From Octopus sinensis (lineage: Eukaryota), in the NCBI RefSeq assembly GCF_006345805.1, contig NC_042997.1, positions 165,478,001 through 165,542,000 on the forward strand: a DNA stretch of 64,000 bases, given 5' to 3'. How positions within the stretch are numbered: position 1 is the stretch's first letter; each line of letters opens with the position of its first letter. Below the pieces are notes generated by a model. That model worked only from the letters and a program-made list of their open reading frames with translations. It was not told the DNA's origin and made no database searches. Positions 1 through 12,649 of the stretch are shown piece by piece. The position numbers and the translations under genes were made by a program.

Positions 1-660
1 TTGGGTAAGGAATGACCATGCTTCTTTTCTCTTTTAATTATGCATGTTGTTCGTGTTCTTGTTTCAACCATGGCTGCCTCTGCATAATTATTTGTGTTGT
101 TGTTTACTTTGTAAAACAGTAAGGGATGAGGGCTGCTAGCACATCACCCTCTACCCACATTTTTCCCATCCACATCTTTACCATATGAGGCCCTAACAAA
201 ATCCGATAATAGATATAGATGCAAATCTATCTAATTATTTGTCTCCTTCTAAAATCAGGCATAACTTGGCGGCGATCGGTCGACTTACAACACCGTTCTT
301 CGTCTTAAGTTTACTTGGTAGAGGGTGTTTGATAACTTGACAAGGTCAAGGTGAGCTCTGATTGGCTGTATGCATAACTGGGGTCTGGAATTCTCGAAGG
401 AAAAAAAATTGGGTTCCTTAGGGTGGGGTGGGGGTGGGGGGCAAATGACATGTCTAACAAAAGAAATACTTAAAAAATTTTTAGTAGTACGGTCTGATTC
501 AAGAAAAAGCGGTTTCTAATACCTGCTTTTGAACTACGAAGAAACTGCGCAATCAGAAAACAGATGAACGTATACATGAAAATTAACAATCTTGCTGTAG
601 CTATGTAAAGTATATAGATGGCGTGTGTATGAAATGAACAAGTACCTCAAACTGATTGTT

Positions 661-728
<68 letters not shown>
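661..728. repeat. (GTA)n microsatellite
   Basis: Uninterrupted gtagtagta run; it produces the poly-Thr ORF 534..737. Confidence 0.97.
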
Positions 729-1249
729 CATAAACAAGTGTGTTTATATCTTTCAAAAGTGAAACTTAATTGGTTAGATAATATGAGCGATATGATAGGA
801 GATATGCTGTTATAGATTAGATCAGAGATGTATTGGCGAATCCAAATCATGCCGTATGGAGAAAAAAAAAGCAATTTTTTGGGCCTCTGTTCCAATATGA
901 GAATTTGGCATTACCATTATCTTGTTATATTCTTATATTCTCTTTTCGTTGTCGAGCCTCTTGAAGTTGAGCCTCTTACCTTTGGGAGTGACTTACAACT
1001 AGTAATCTTCATCCGTAATTAACTGTTGCTATTTTCGTTATTCTTATTGCTCTTGTCACCATTGTTGTTGTTGTTGTTGTTAAATCTGATAGAATGGCAG
1101 TACATTTCTCTCCATCACCTTCCTTTCCGAATGTAACTTACAAAAAATCAAGAGGACTAGGTAAAAAAGACAAGTGTTTAGCTTTTAATTCTTTCAATTA
1201 TATCTACCACAGAGATAACTTAGGCGTTTAATAAAACACTATGAACACC

Positions 1250-2226
1250 ACCAACAACAACAAGAACAACAGTTTGGTTCCTTCGATGAACTCGCTCGTA
1301 ATTCAGATATACTTAAGGAGATTGACTTTAAATACAAGATCCATTCCCATCTGCACTGTCTTTATTTTCCAAAAATTTCGGTTGGCCATAATCACTAAGC
1401 AATTAAATTGCCTGCATTCCAGCAATAAGGATGACAGAGGGCCAACTCTCATAATGGATTCGTCCTGCACATAACAACAATTGTTCGATGTTGCTCCACA
1501 AGCCAACAATGATCGGATCTTGAATGAATGCGTACACAATGGTTCCCTAGCTTTGCACATATTTCGGAGAGGTCTGACAAACGGCTCTCTGTACTCGTAG
1601 AAGTTACCTTAATCCAGTAATGGCTCCGTGGAACAGCCAATCCAGGGATTTCTGAAAGTTCTCCATAGACCCTCATATCAAAAGTCCGCTGAAGCTAACC
1701 AGCTAGATGAGTCTCGTCTACGCCTAGAGGTTCCTGAGAACGTTGTCGCACTATCGATAATAACGGGAAAGCTCCACCGGTTGTGTTTCCTGATAAAGAG
1801 TCGTGAGTGACTAACAACATTTCAGATGTTTTCATTTGATCCAGAGCATTGGTTGACCCTATCGAAAGATTTCGATTGACCCAAATTGGTTATATCCTCG
1901 CCGTAGCCAGGATTATTACTTTTGATAGAGTCGTAAGGACATTGTCGTGACACGTGACGTATCTTGGCCGACTCCAGAAACATCTGGCAAAACTCATACC
2001 TCTCCAGGTCTGGTTTCCTCCAGAAAGAAAGAGAGAGGGAAGAATTGACCTCTAGTATTTGACTGATAATCGATTTATCAACTCGAAAGTGTGAAAGACA
2101 AAGTTGAACTTGTGGTTTTAACTCAGTGTACCGAGACAAAAATATGCTGTCTACATAATCCGACTCTGTCCAAATAGTCGAAAAGTCGTCCATAAAAGCA
2201 GGTTTTATTCCATTTCTCTGAAACAA
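1250..2226 (-). mobile_element. Heavily decayed L1/Tx1-like reverse transcriptase fragment
   Basis: Minus ORF 1822..2226 has ..YTELK.. and ..TNLGQSKSFDRVN.., resembling ITLLNTELK and LINLDQSKAFDRV of Tx1/L1 RTs. Downstream frames are broken. Confidence 0.35.
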
Positions 2227-2660
2227 ACGAACGTGCCAAAAGTAGCAATTTAGATTGACTGCAATAGCAACTAAAACAAAGAAATGTATTTATATGATTT
2301 TTTTTCTTGCGTGTTATCTAATCTGCATCATAAAGCCGAGTGACTAATAAAATTCAATATTTCTGTCCAAGCCTGATGAAATGCTTTCAATTTTATGGGA
2401 AGTTGGTAAAATAGAAATCAACTAATGTCCTTTACTGATTGCATGGAAAAGGTATATAATAAAAGTGTGTTTGCAGCAGCTACATTATAAAAGATGTTTT
2501 AGCCTTGGCCATCTCATCTTTTTATTAGTTCAGGAATATCCAATACGTCTCACATTTTTTAAGGTGTAAGGGACAGTGTCATTTGGTGGTTGTTGTCACT
2601 ATGTATACCACCATATTTCTACCGATTACTGTGGGATAAGATTATTAAAGAATAAATTTA

Positions 2661-2905
2661 GGCGAAAGCATGGCTGTGTTGTAAGAAGTTTACTTCTTAA
2701 CCGCATGGTTTCAAGTTCAAACAAAGGCCCTGTGAGATGGAAGCCCTTCACGCGCGCGATGTGTGTGTGGTGTGTGTGTGTGTGCCTGTATCTGTGTCTG
2801 TGTGCGTGTGTGTGTGTGTGTGGTGTCTTTGTCGATTTTTTTCGACTAAACCCTTTAAGGCGGTGTCATCCAGCATAACCGCAGTCCAGTGACTGAAATA
2901 AGTAT
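2661..2905 (+). mobile_element. tRNA-derived CORE-type SINE (octopus OR-like), internally deleted
   Basis: Head gcatggctgtgttgtaagaag, internal (GT)n and tail tcgactaaa..ggcggtg..ccagcat..gactgaaataagt match the fuller copies at 45790, 47372 and 59337. Confidence 0.7.
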
Positions 2906-3438
2906 AATATAAAAGATAAGATGTATTTTAACTGATAAACAATTTAACCCATAGAAAAGGAATAAGTACTTGCTTCTTTATTCAATAAATAAACTTGGTT
3001 TTAGAATTTCAGCTCTACTTTATGCATTTTTTAAAACACAGTTTTATCGTTCCCACTACTCACCTAGGTATATTTCGTGTAAGAATTTAGAGGCACTATT
3101 TGTGAGACACTGATAACAGTTCCTTAATGTTAATGGGATTTTACTGATTTTAGTGGTGATGTTAGTGGGTGAGAAGATGGTAGTGGTAGGAGAAAGAGTG
3201 AAGTCATAGATTCATTAACTGACTCGTAAACACGGCACTTATAATCTCAAGTATTCGCTGGCGTATGATGACATGTATACATTTACATATGTGTGTATGT
3301 GTGTGAGTGAGTGTGTGTGTGTGTGTGTGTGTGTGTACATACATACACAGGGGAGAGAGGATGAAAGAAAAGGAAAAAGAGTTAGTGAAAGACATACACA
3401 TACATTGATTTGTATGTATGAGTGTGTTGCTTTTGTAT

Positions 3439-3489
<51 letters not shown>

Positions 3490-4648
3490 TCTCTCTCCAA
3501 CAACTTTAGTGACACTTTTCCGCAGCCTGTAATTCGTTCATGCAAAAAGGCAATTGTTAATTTTTTTATATATAGCAATCACAGGATTTATCTTTGTCAC
3601 AAAATAGTCGACATTCGACTCCAATGATGTCACTGAATTAATCGTTTAGTTTTCATTCTGGCTCACGTTGTGACGTCACTGCTGACCAGTCGCAGCTCGC
3701 CATGAATTCGGGTGCTAAACTCACTGGCCGATGTTACTCTCAGCGTCTCACTGGCTGGTTTTCAGCCTATCACTGGCTATAGGAAACTCTGGCGCCAAAT
3801 TCAGAAATTCATTTCTGAGCCTAGTTTTATCTCTTCCAAAAGCATAAATAGCGATGATGCCAGAGTTCACCTAGCAGGCACTGTTATTTTCTGGGTTTCT
3901 TTTCTGTATAGTTTTTTGTGAAGTAGTGAGTTGGCCGAATTGCTCTTCTTTGTGCCTTCCTGGTGCGATGTGGATTTATCTAGTATCTCACATAAAAATT
4001 CATCCGAACGTTCCTTGAAGACCACCACATCTACAACTCACGAATTTCTGAGGTTGTTTGGTAGAATGTTGCATCAAGTAGAAAATCAAAGAAAAATCCA
4101 TCCATATGTTAATGTATCAAAAAATGCAAGTTATGTACAGCTGAAAAATTGCATATCCTTTTTAGATCTAAGAATTCCGCCACACTGCTGAATTCCAGAT
4201 CAGAAATTTTCAGCAAATGTTAACACGAGAACAAGTTTCTTTTGTCGAATGGGAGAACATCACCCTCTGTGGATTGACTAGCTGTATCTCTGTTGATTCA
4301 ACATCATCTGGCCTTATGACTCTACGATTTAAGGGGACATGACTCTACCTCTCTTCTTTTTTTCCTCTCTTCTCCATTTTTTTGTACCCTTCCATTTTTT
4401 ACTTCTACGGTCATCTCATTTATTCTCGTGATTTCTTTTGCTTTATTTTCCTGATTTGTAAATTGTAATGGTCATGAACTTAGATCCTAAAGATTACTCA
4501 GAGACACCAGGTGTGTTTTAAAACCTGCCTAGATCACATCTTCAATGTTATTAGTAGTTCATTAATATATGCTGTCTACATTAAACAATATTTATTTCTC
4601 ACCATATGGCGTACTTTTTCTCTTCATCTCAAGTAAACGATATATATG

Positions 4649-4651
4649 TGA

Positions 4652-4719
<68 letters not shown>

Positions 4720-4752
4720 ATGTATGTATGTATGTATGTTTGTATGTATGTA
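4649..4752. repeat. Compound (GT)n/(ATGT)n microsatellite
   Basis: Visible directly. Confidence 0.95.
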
Positions 4753-4844
4753 TAATGGTGATACTTTAAGAAAAATAAAATAATACAGTACAGTTAAAAG
4801 ACATGGGTAAGCAACGCATTGTGTCCCATCCACACCTTTTTCAT

Positions 4845-4845
<1 letters not shown>

Positions 4846-4893
<48 letters not shown>
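4846..4893. repeat. (TAC)n microsatellite at the 3' end of the R4/Dong element
   Basis: Visible directly; reads (TAG)n on the element strand. Confidence 0.95.
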
Positions 4894-4894
<1 letters not shown>

Positions 4895-6667
4895 TTCGCA
4901 TACACTCAACAGATTAGACTGTTCGAAAAGAAAAGAAACCTAACATCGGGCTACAACAAGTAGCCTTAGATGCCCAGAACCCTCCAAAGTATTCTAGTTG
5001 TTCCTAATAATACTGTTTTCTGCAGCTCTACTAAATTGGGTTTTGTGCCTATTTCCTCTAGCCATCTGTTCAGATGTTTAGGGAAAGTTCTCAATGCACT
5101 TATAACTACTGGGATACATTTTACCCGCACTTTTCATAGTCTCTGTAATTCAATAGCTGGGTCCTGGTACTTTGCTAGTTTTTCTAAACCTCTCATATTG
5201 ATTTTTTTCTTCATTTGGGACTGTAAAGTCAATTATCTGACACTTTCTATTCTCTTTATCTACTACTATCAAATCAGGCATTCTAGCTTCTATTACTCTG
5301 TCAGTTTGAATGTTGAAGTCCTACAACATCTTGTATCTCTTACTTTCTAGTACTTTGCTAAATTCATGTTCATACTATTTATCAGTATGTTCAGGTCCTA
5401 GCTTTCTACAGTGGATTGCTCTCCCTAGATTGTCATGTCTTTTCTTGTATTCTTTCTGTGTTAGCAGGCTACATTCACTTACTATATGAATTACGCTTTC
5501 CTCTTTTGATTTGCTTAATCTACATTGGCAGTCTCCTTAGATTTTGTCTATTTTGACTTTTATCCAATTAGTCCTTAATGCTTGATCTTGTGTAGCTACT
5601 AATAAACTTTCTATCTCCTTCTTCAGCTTTCTTTCTGCAACCATAACCATGACTCACTACTACTATTTACTGAGACTAGCTTTGTTAATCTACTGTGCAA
5701 TGCTTTCTCCTGCCAATCAGATAATTTCTGTTATTTATTCTGGTTTTTAACTTCATTTGGGTGTTTAGTTTTCCTATATATTGCTGTGACTATAGCAGCT
5801 TTTAATAAACTTTCTTCACTATCACCTACATAGGAGTCTATATCTACTCCAACAAACTCCACGCAGTCTTCTACTGATGTTAACTCTTTTCCACTTTCCT
5901 TTCTAGGTAGGTATAATCTTGCTACTCCTGCCCTTGGGTGGAGTCCTCCATTTATATTGAATTTTTTCCTAGTTCTTCTGTCTAGCTTTGCTAATTCAGT
6001 TTTTGTCCAATCTACAAAAGCTGCTGACTATTTAAGTAATGATACTACCCAAGTATTTACAACTTTCACTAGATTCGGACCATTTAGCTTTGGCTTCATT
6101 AACTTCCTCACTCTTCTGATATACTCCTTCTCAATTTTCGTTTTCATTTCTGTAATTAGTACTCTATTAAATTCTAATACTCTCTCCTCCTTTCAATGAT
6201 TTTAATGTCTGGCCATCTGGTAATTGGATGCCTTCGCTGTTGTCGACTTGTCCCCCTCTCATGACTAATATTGAACACTTATTTATGCGAAATTCTATGT
6301 CTATATCATTGCTGAAGCGTCTTACAGTTTGTATTAAAGAATCTATCTCTTTTTCATTCTTACTAAAAAGCTTCGGATCATCCATATAGAGAAAACGGTT
6401 AATTTTTCTTTGACTATTTCTGAACTGATACACTGCCTTTGCCTTCCTTAATACTAAACTGAGGTGGGGGTCAAACATAAGACAAATATTAAAGAGGACA
6501 ACAGTTCCCCTGGAAAATTCCTCTTTTAATATTAACTTTCCCTAAGAGTGTGTCACCTGAGTATAGATCTACTTTCTATATCTTCATGTTACAGTAATTA
6601 ATTCTCTTATGTTGTCTGCTATACTGAACATATTCAAACATTCGCTTATCTATGAGTGTAGGATCAT

Positions 6668-6668
<1 letters not shown>
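4895..6668 (-). mobile_element. 5'-truncated R4/Dong-clade non-LTR retrotransposon (RT C-terminus, zinc knuckle, restriction-like endonuclease), pseudogenised
   Basis: Minus-strand translation gives GKVNIKRGIFQG, FLYMDDPKLFSKNEKEIDSLIQTVRRFSNDI, AINTWVVSLLRYSAAFVDWT, GGLHPRAGVARLYLPRK, EESVIHIVSEC..YKKRHDNLG and LQKTVLLGTTRILWRVLG, with many stops and frameshifts. Confidence 0.85.
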
Positions 6669-6705
<37 letters not shown>

Positions 6706-6750
6706 TATTATTATTATTATTATTATATTATTATTATTATTGTTATTATA

Positions 6751-6804
<54 letters not shown>
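6669..6804. repeat. (TAA)n run followed directly by a (TTA)n run (self-complementary microsatellite)
   Basis: About 12 TAA units then a longer, interrupted TTA run. Confidence 0.95.
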
Positions 6805-6888
6805 TGTTAATTGACCGAGAAGCACTAAGTTACGGAACTCAATAGGCAAAAGTAGAATATTCTTTAATATACTGAAAAGCTCATAATT

Positions 6889-6932
6889 TCTGCTACATTG
6901 AGTTTCACGTTTCCGATCGTTTATCTGGTAAT
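6889..6932 (-). ncRNA. Degenerate hammerhead-like motif (fossil)
   Basis: Minus strand: tac CAGATAA acg-atcggaaa-cgt GAAAC tcaat GTA gca. Two substitutions in the CUGAUGA box; weak helix I. Confidence 0.2.
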
Positions 6933-7039
6933 CTGCGTCTATTTCCTACAGAATAGTCTGTTGCTTCAAAGTGTTTTGAAATGTTATGCATAGGTTACCA
7001 GAAAATGTTTTGTTTTTTTTTTGTTTATAGTGATCAAAC

Positions 7040-7210
7040 GTTTGCGTAGACATAAGCTCACTCTCTCCATCAGATTGACATTACCTGTAGAGGTGCAACG
7101 GGTCCCACATGTCAGATATCGAAATGATCGCAGAATAACGGGAAATGAAGTGCTTTGCTCAAGAATATAAGGCAACGCCCGGTCTGAAGATCGAACCCAC
7201 GATTCCATAT
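7040..7210 (-). mobile_element. Degraded tRNA-head SINE fragment
   Basis: Minus strand gggttcgatcttcagaccgggcgttg..ttcttgagcaaagcacttcatttc resembles the SINE at 35620-35862. Confidence 0.45.
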
Positions 7211-9079
7211 GAACAATAGCAATAATAGTAACCAGAATTATAATTATAGATCAATAAATAGCAACAATGTCAACATGAGTTACCAAACCATACTTAACAC
7301 AATTAGGATCAGGATAGGAACTATGGTTTGACAGCCAATAAAATATAAGAGACCCGAATGAACTCACCCATTAGCCTGGAAGTAGAAGATGTGAATCCTA
7401 AAAAGCACAGTACTCAGAATATTGTCTATGTATAACAAACTAATAGCTTAGAAGATAGACAGGAAAATGTAGAAGTCACATCTAGAGAACGTGAAGCGGA
7501 TAATATTAATTGAAGTAGTAGAACTATTAAATGCAACTGTGTAAGGAACAGGGTCTGTCCGCTTAACTCTATAATTAATGATATTTACGTAAATAATACT
7601 AGTAAATATAATTATAATAATAATTACAATAATATTAATTGAGGGTATAAACCCGAAATAAGTGAAATACCTCTGAATAAATAATGTACTCAATACAGTA
7701 AAATGTAAACAAAACTGCTACAATTAACTATAATATAAAGGAACATTTTAGAATCACGATTCAGCTGTGATATCAGTAGAGGTGTTTATTAGACCAGAAT
7801 TCAATTCGATTCAAAAAGTAACACTATCACCTTCAACAGAATACCAACGCAGGAAGCTTATTTGAATTAGTTCACTTTGAAAACGTCGTAAGTGATGGAC
7901 CCTCGATGAAACTGTAACGACTAGGATGTATAATTGCATACAGAGCAATGTGCAGTTGCTGCAATAGAAACATACGTTGGACATTGTTGTATATGCTGTA
8001 GGAAACCTTTTAATAAAAACGTTTTGGATGTGAATAAATCTCCATTTTCCTCTTGTTTTTCATTTACACACACACACACATACCCCGCTTTGCTTGCCTC
8101 GTGAGGAGGGTAGTTAGAAACCCAGCAGGACTAAAATCAAGATCAGTCAAGAGGACAGATGAACCTAGTGTGGTCTCAACGACTGCCAAACAATAGCACA
8201 AGCCGTTAGAAATTTCAGGCAGGTATCTAACGTGCTGGAAGATCACAGGGGAGTGAGGCAACCCCTAGCTTTTGTTAATGCATGTCTCTAGAACCCACTT
8301 CAAACCCAGGCTACATCTGCTCTGATAATTAGTCAGCGTATCTTCTGCGACGGTCGACAATCGACGGCAAGATGAGCTGCTGTGGATCGTACTATTTCAC
8401 ACTATCTCATGAAAGTTAAGCGGAAACAGTATGCTTAAGTGCCCAGAAAAATCAATATATACCTGTAAAAATATGTTGAAATGCTTTATTTTCAACAAGA
8501 TATCAATATAGGAACGATTTCTACCAGATCTACACAATTTAGAAGCGAGAGAATATTTTTCTTGAAAATTTAACATGCATTTTTGTTATGCGCGTTATAC
8601 AATGTAAATGAGAATTGCGGCCACAGACATTGCTGTCCAGCAATCACATTTGCATTTTTTCTTAAATTTCAAGTTCGGTGTAAATAAACACCATAATGTT
8701 TTTACGTTTATGCTACGCTGGAGAAATTCCATATTTTCGGGTGAGAAAAGTTATTTCGTGTGATGTTACATGTGCCACACACATTTTGGATCTTCGTAAA
8801 AAAAATTGAACATGTTTTCTGTGGGGCGAGGCGTGGGTGCGTGTATGTGTCTGTGCCTGTGTGTGTAAGTGTTTGTCCAAAGCAGTTTGACAACCGGTGT
8901 TATTTCATTTATACCCCAATAACTTAACGGTTCGGCAAAAGATGCCACTAGAATAAGTATCAGACTTTAAATAAACCAATGAGTACTGAGGTGGAGCGAT
9001 TCGTTCGACTAAAGTTCTTTAAGGCAGTAACCAAGTATGGCTGCAGTCTAATGGCTAAAACAAATAAAAGACAAAAGAT

Positions 9080-10150
<1,071 letters not shown>

Positions 10151-10201
10151 GAAAAAAAATTCAAGATAGAAAATGCTAGAATAATTTTATAAAAAACATT
10201 T

Positions 10202-10238
10202 CTGTACCGGTTTCAGTCATTGAGACTTTTTCAACTGT
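10202..10238 (-). ncRNA. Minimal type-I hammerhead ribozyme-like motif (decayed), 3' of the Penelope ORF
   Basis: Minus strand: acag TTGAAAA agtc-tcaat-gact GAAAC cg GTA caga. Perfect 4-bp helix II and palindromic ACCGGT helix III; core box has two transitions; helix I is mostly broken. Confidence 0.45.
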
Positions 10239-10398
10239 GAGTATGGAAAACATCTGGAAAAATTAAAAGAAAAGTTTTTTAAAAGAATATTTGCATAATG
10301 TTCAAATACAATTGGCATTTTCCTTGTTTCTGCCCGTTTCTCTCTCTCTCTCTCTTGTTTACTCTTGTGGGTTCCAGGCCGTTGCGAATTCTTGGTAG

Positions 10399-10462
10399 GA
10401 AGAAGAAGAAGAAGAAGAAGAAGAAGAAGAAGAAGAGAAGAAGAAGAAGAAGAAGAAGAAGA
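10399..10462. repeat. (AAG)n microsatellite
   Basis: Visible directly. Confidence 0.95.
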
Positions 10463-10559
10463 AGGGGGAATAAGAAGGAATGATGGTAGTGAGGTATTAA
10501 ATGGTCAAGTGACCTAAAATTGGCTAGTTATGGATTATAGCAGTGATTGAGACTGTTTT

Positions 10560-11315
10560 TTAATGAATTCTTGAGAATCTCTTGAGTGTATCATTTTTAA
10601 TATTTGCGTGTGTATTTGTGTTTATTCTAAGGCCGTGGTGGATATGTCGTTTGTGGTAGACGCGTTCAAAAGGGGTCTGTATTTTGTAATAAAGAGTCTC
10701 TTTACCAATTCGTTGGCTACAGGCTGTATTGGTAGAGGGGGGAAATTCTGAAGCTTGGATTTTTGTTATTGGCACAAAATGCTATTTTTCTGTTAAAGGG
10801 AATTTTGATCTGGGATATGTGATGAGCCATTCTTTTACGTAGACTGTTTTTTGTTTGGCCTATGTATTGCTCTTGACACCCAGAGCAAGTTAGTGTGTAT
10901 ATCAGGTTCTCCGAAGCACGTGTGAAGTTGCTTTTCACTGTGAAACGTTGTTTCTGTTTAAAAGAGAACTCTGATCCCTCAATTAAATTGGCGCATATCC
11001 CACAGTTGGGTCTTCCGCATTTTTTTTACTGACGGCTTCTGTGTTGTTGTTGAGCGTATTCGGGCTTGTGTTAGGAGACTTTTCATAGATTGGGGTTGTC
11101 TCTTGCTTTTTATGATGGTGTGTGTTTGGAGGATTAAGTTCATTCTGTGGTCATTTTATAGCAGGGGAATGTTTTGAAGGATGGCGTCGAAGGCTTCATT
11201 GTTGAGAGAGTTGTGTGTGGAGATGTATGGCAGGGCTTTTGGTTGTAAATCCTTCTTTAATTTGGGATGTCTGAGTTCCTGGATGTTGAGTTGAAGGGCA
11301 CGTTGAAAGCATATG
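10560..11315 (-). mobile_element. Penelope-like element 3' fragment (RT C-terminus, linker, GIY-YIG endonuclease), pseudogenised
   Basis: Minus-strand translation KKCGRPNCGICANLIEGSEFSFKQKQRFTVKSNFTRASENLIYTLTCSGCQEQYIGQTKNSLRKRMAHH matches the PLE CxxxxCxxC linker plus N(L)IY..CxxC..YIGQT..L..R GIY-YIG signature. Confidence 0.87.
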
Positions 11316-11337
11316 TCAATTAAACATACATGCACAA

Positions 11338-11338
11338 G

Positions 11339-11420
<82 letters not shown>

Positions 11421-11433
11421 ATGTGTGTGTGTG
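11338..11433. repeat. (GT)n microsatellite
   Basis: Visible directly; marks the 5' truncation side of the PLE fragment. Confidence 0.95.
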
Positions 11434-11745
11434 CTGTTAGTTCGTGGGTCGGCTACGTTTACACGTAAGAGAATATATTCTCAATGCGCCTAGAGTTAAA
11501 AACTCCTGAAAGTAAGTCATAGCCAAGCGAGACAACTCGCTTGACTATGTTGTATACGTTATGTGGTAATGTTTCAACAAAACAAAAACAAGTGTCACTG
11601 TTACGTCATGAATTACATAAGCTTACAGCTATTTCACTCGCCAATACTGGTGTGTTATACGATAAATGTTAGGTGCACTATTGCATAAGGACCATTATCA
11701 AGTGACGTATATGACAGAGTCCATCCCACTGCCACGATAGCTCCT

Positions 11746-11838
11746 ATGTATGTATGTATGTATGTATGTATGTATGTATGTATGTATGTATGTATGTATG
11801 TATGTATGTGTGTATGTATGTATGCATGTATGTATGTA
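11746..11838. repeat. (TATG)n microsatellite
   Basis: Visible directly. Confidence 0.95.
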
Positions 11839-12044
11839 TATTGTTATTTTATTACTAAATCATGATAAAAGTGGATAGGAGAAAAGGATAGGGAGAAAAA
11901 GGAAAAGAAATAATTGAACAAGATAAGAAAATGATGTAGAGAGAAAAATATAGAGAGAAAAATCTAGAGAGAAAAACGAAAGAGAGAGTGAGAGAGAGGG
12001 GGTGGGGAGAACAAAAATATAGAGAGAAAATACGAAATGTTTAT

Positions 12045-12410
12045 ACGCCGACTATGAAGGACTGATGCTAAGGCTCTGAAATTTTGTATGCATTCATTTC
12101 AGCTCTTCTGATTAATAACTGCATTGTTTCTTTCCAGGTAAACTGACATCTGACTGTTCAAAGAACACTTCAAAAGTAACTAGTAGCGACTTCTCTTGAA
12201 AATGGACGGAATTTAGCATCACGCTGTTATCAGTTATCTACAGAAAAAAGGGTTTAGCCTCCAAAGACATTCATGCTGATATGGTTACTACATTAGGAGA
12301 CGACACTCCAGCATTATCAACAGTGCAAAATTGGGCAGCTAACTTTTGGAGTGGAAGGGAGTCTTGAAAATGACCCACAATCTGGAGGTCCTGCAACTTT
12401 AACCTGGAAT
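12045..12410 (+). mobile_element. Mariner transposon 5' remnant (transposase N-terminal HTH)
   Basis: MDGI*HHAVISYLQKKGLASKDIHADMVTTLGDDTPALSTVQNWAANFWSGRES..ENDPQSGGPAT is a typical mariner paired-HTH region. Confidence 0.78.
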
Positions 12411-12426
12411 GACTAGTGGTCACTAT

Positions 12427-12519
12427 GAACAGACTGGGTGTCTACATAAGATAAAGTGGTGATAGCTGAGGAACAGACTGGGTGTCTACATAAGATAAAG
12501 TGGTGATAGCTGAGGAACA
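12427..12519. repeat. Perfect 44-bp tandem duplication
   Basis: gaacagactgggtgtctacataagataaagtggtgatagctgag occurs twice, at 12427 and 12471. Confidence 0.92.
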
Positions 12520-12649
12520 ACCAGAATGATGGCAAACGGAACAGTGAAGGCTGGTAGTTCCAGTTGCATCTTTTATATGTACAAACACAACACACAGAAC
12601 AAACTACAGATAGATCTAAGGAGAGGTATCCACAGGGATTCTCGTGAGA

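Noticed and set aside
3712-4191. ORFs 3712..3921 and 3931..4191 as host exons
   Set aside because: Stops occur in all frames over the region, with no recognisable motif or convincing splice pair.
8085-8330. GC-richer segment resembling a non-LTR 5' UTR with a possible HDV-like ribozyme
   Set aside because: I could not build the nested double pseudoknot or a hammerhead core by eye.
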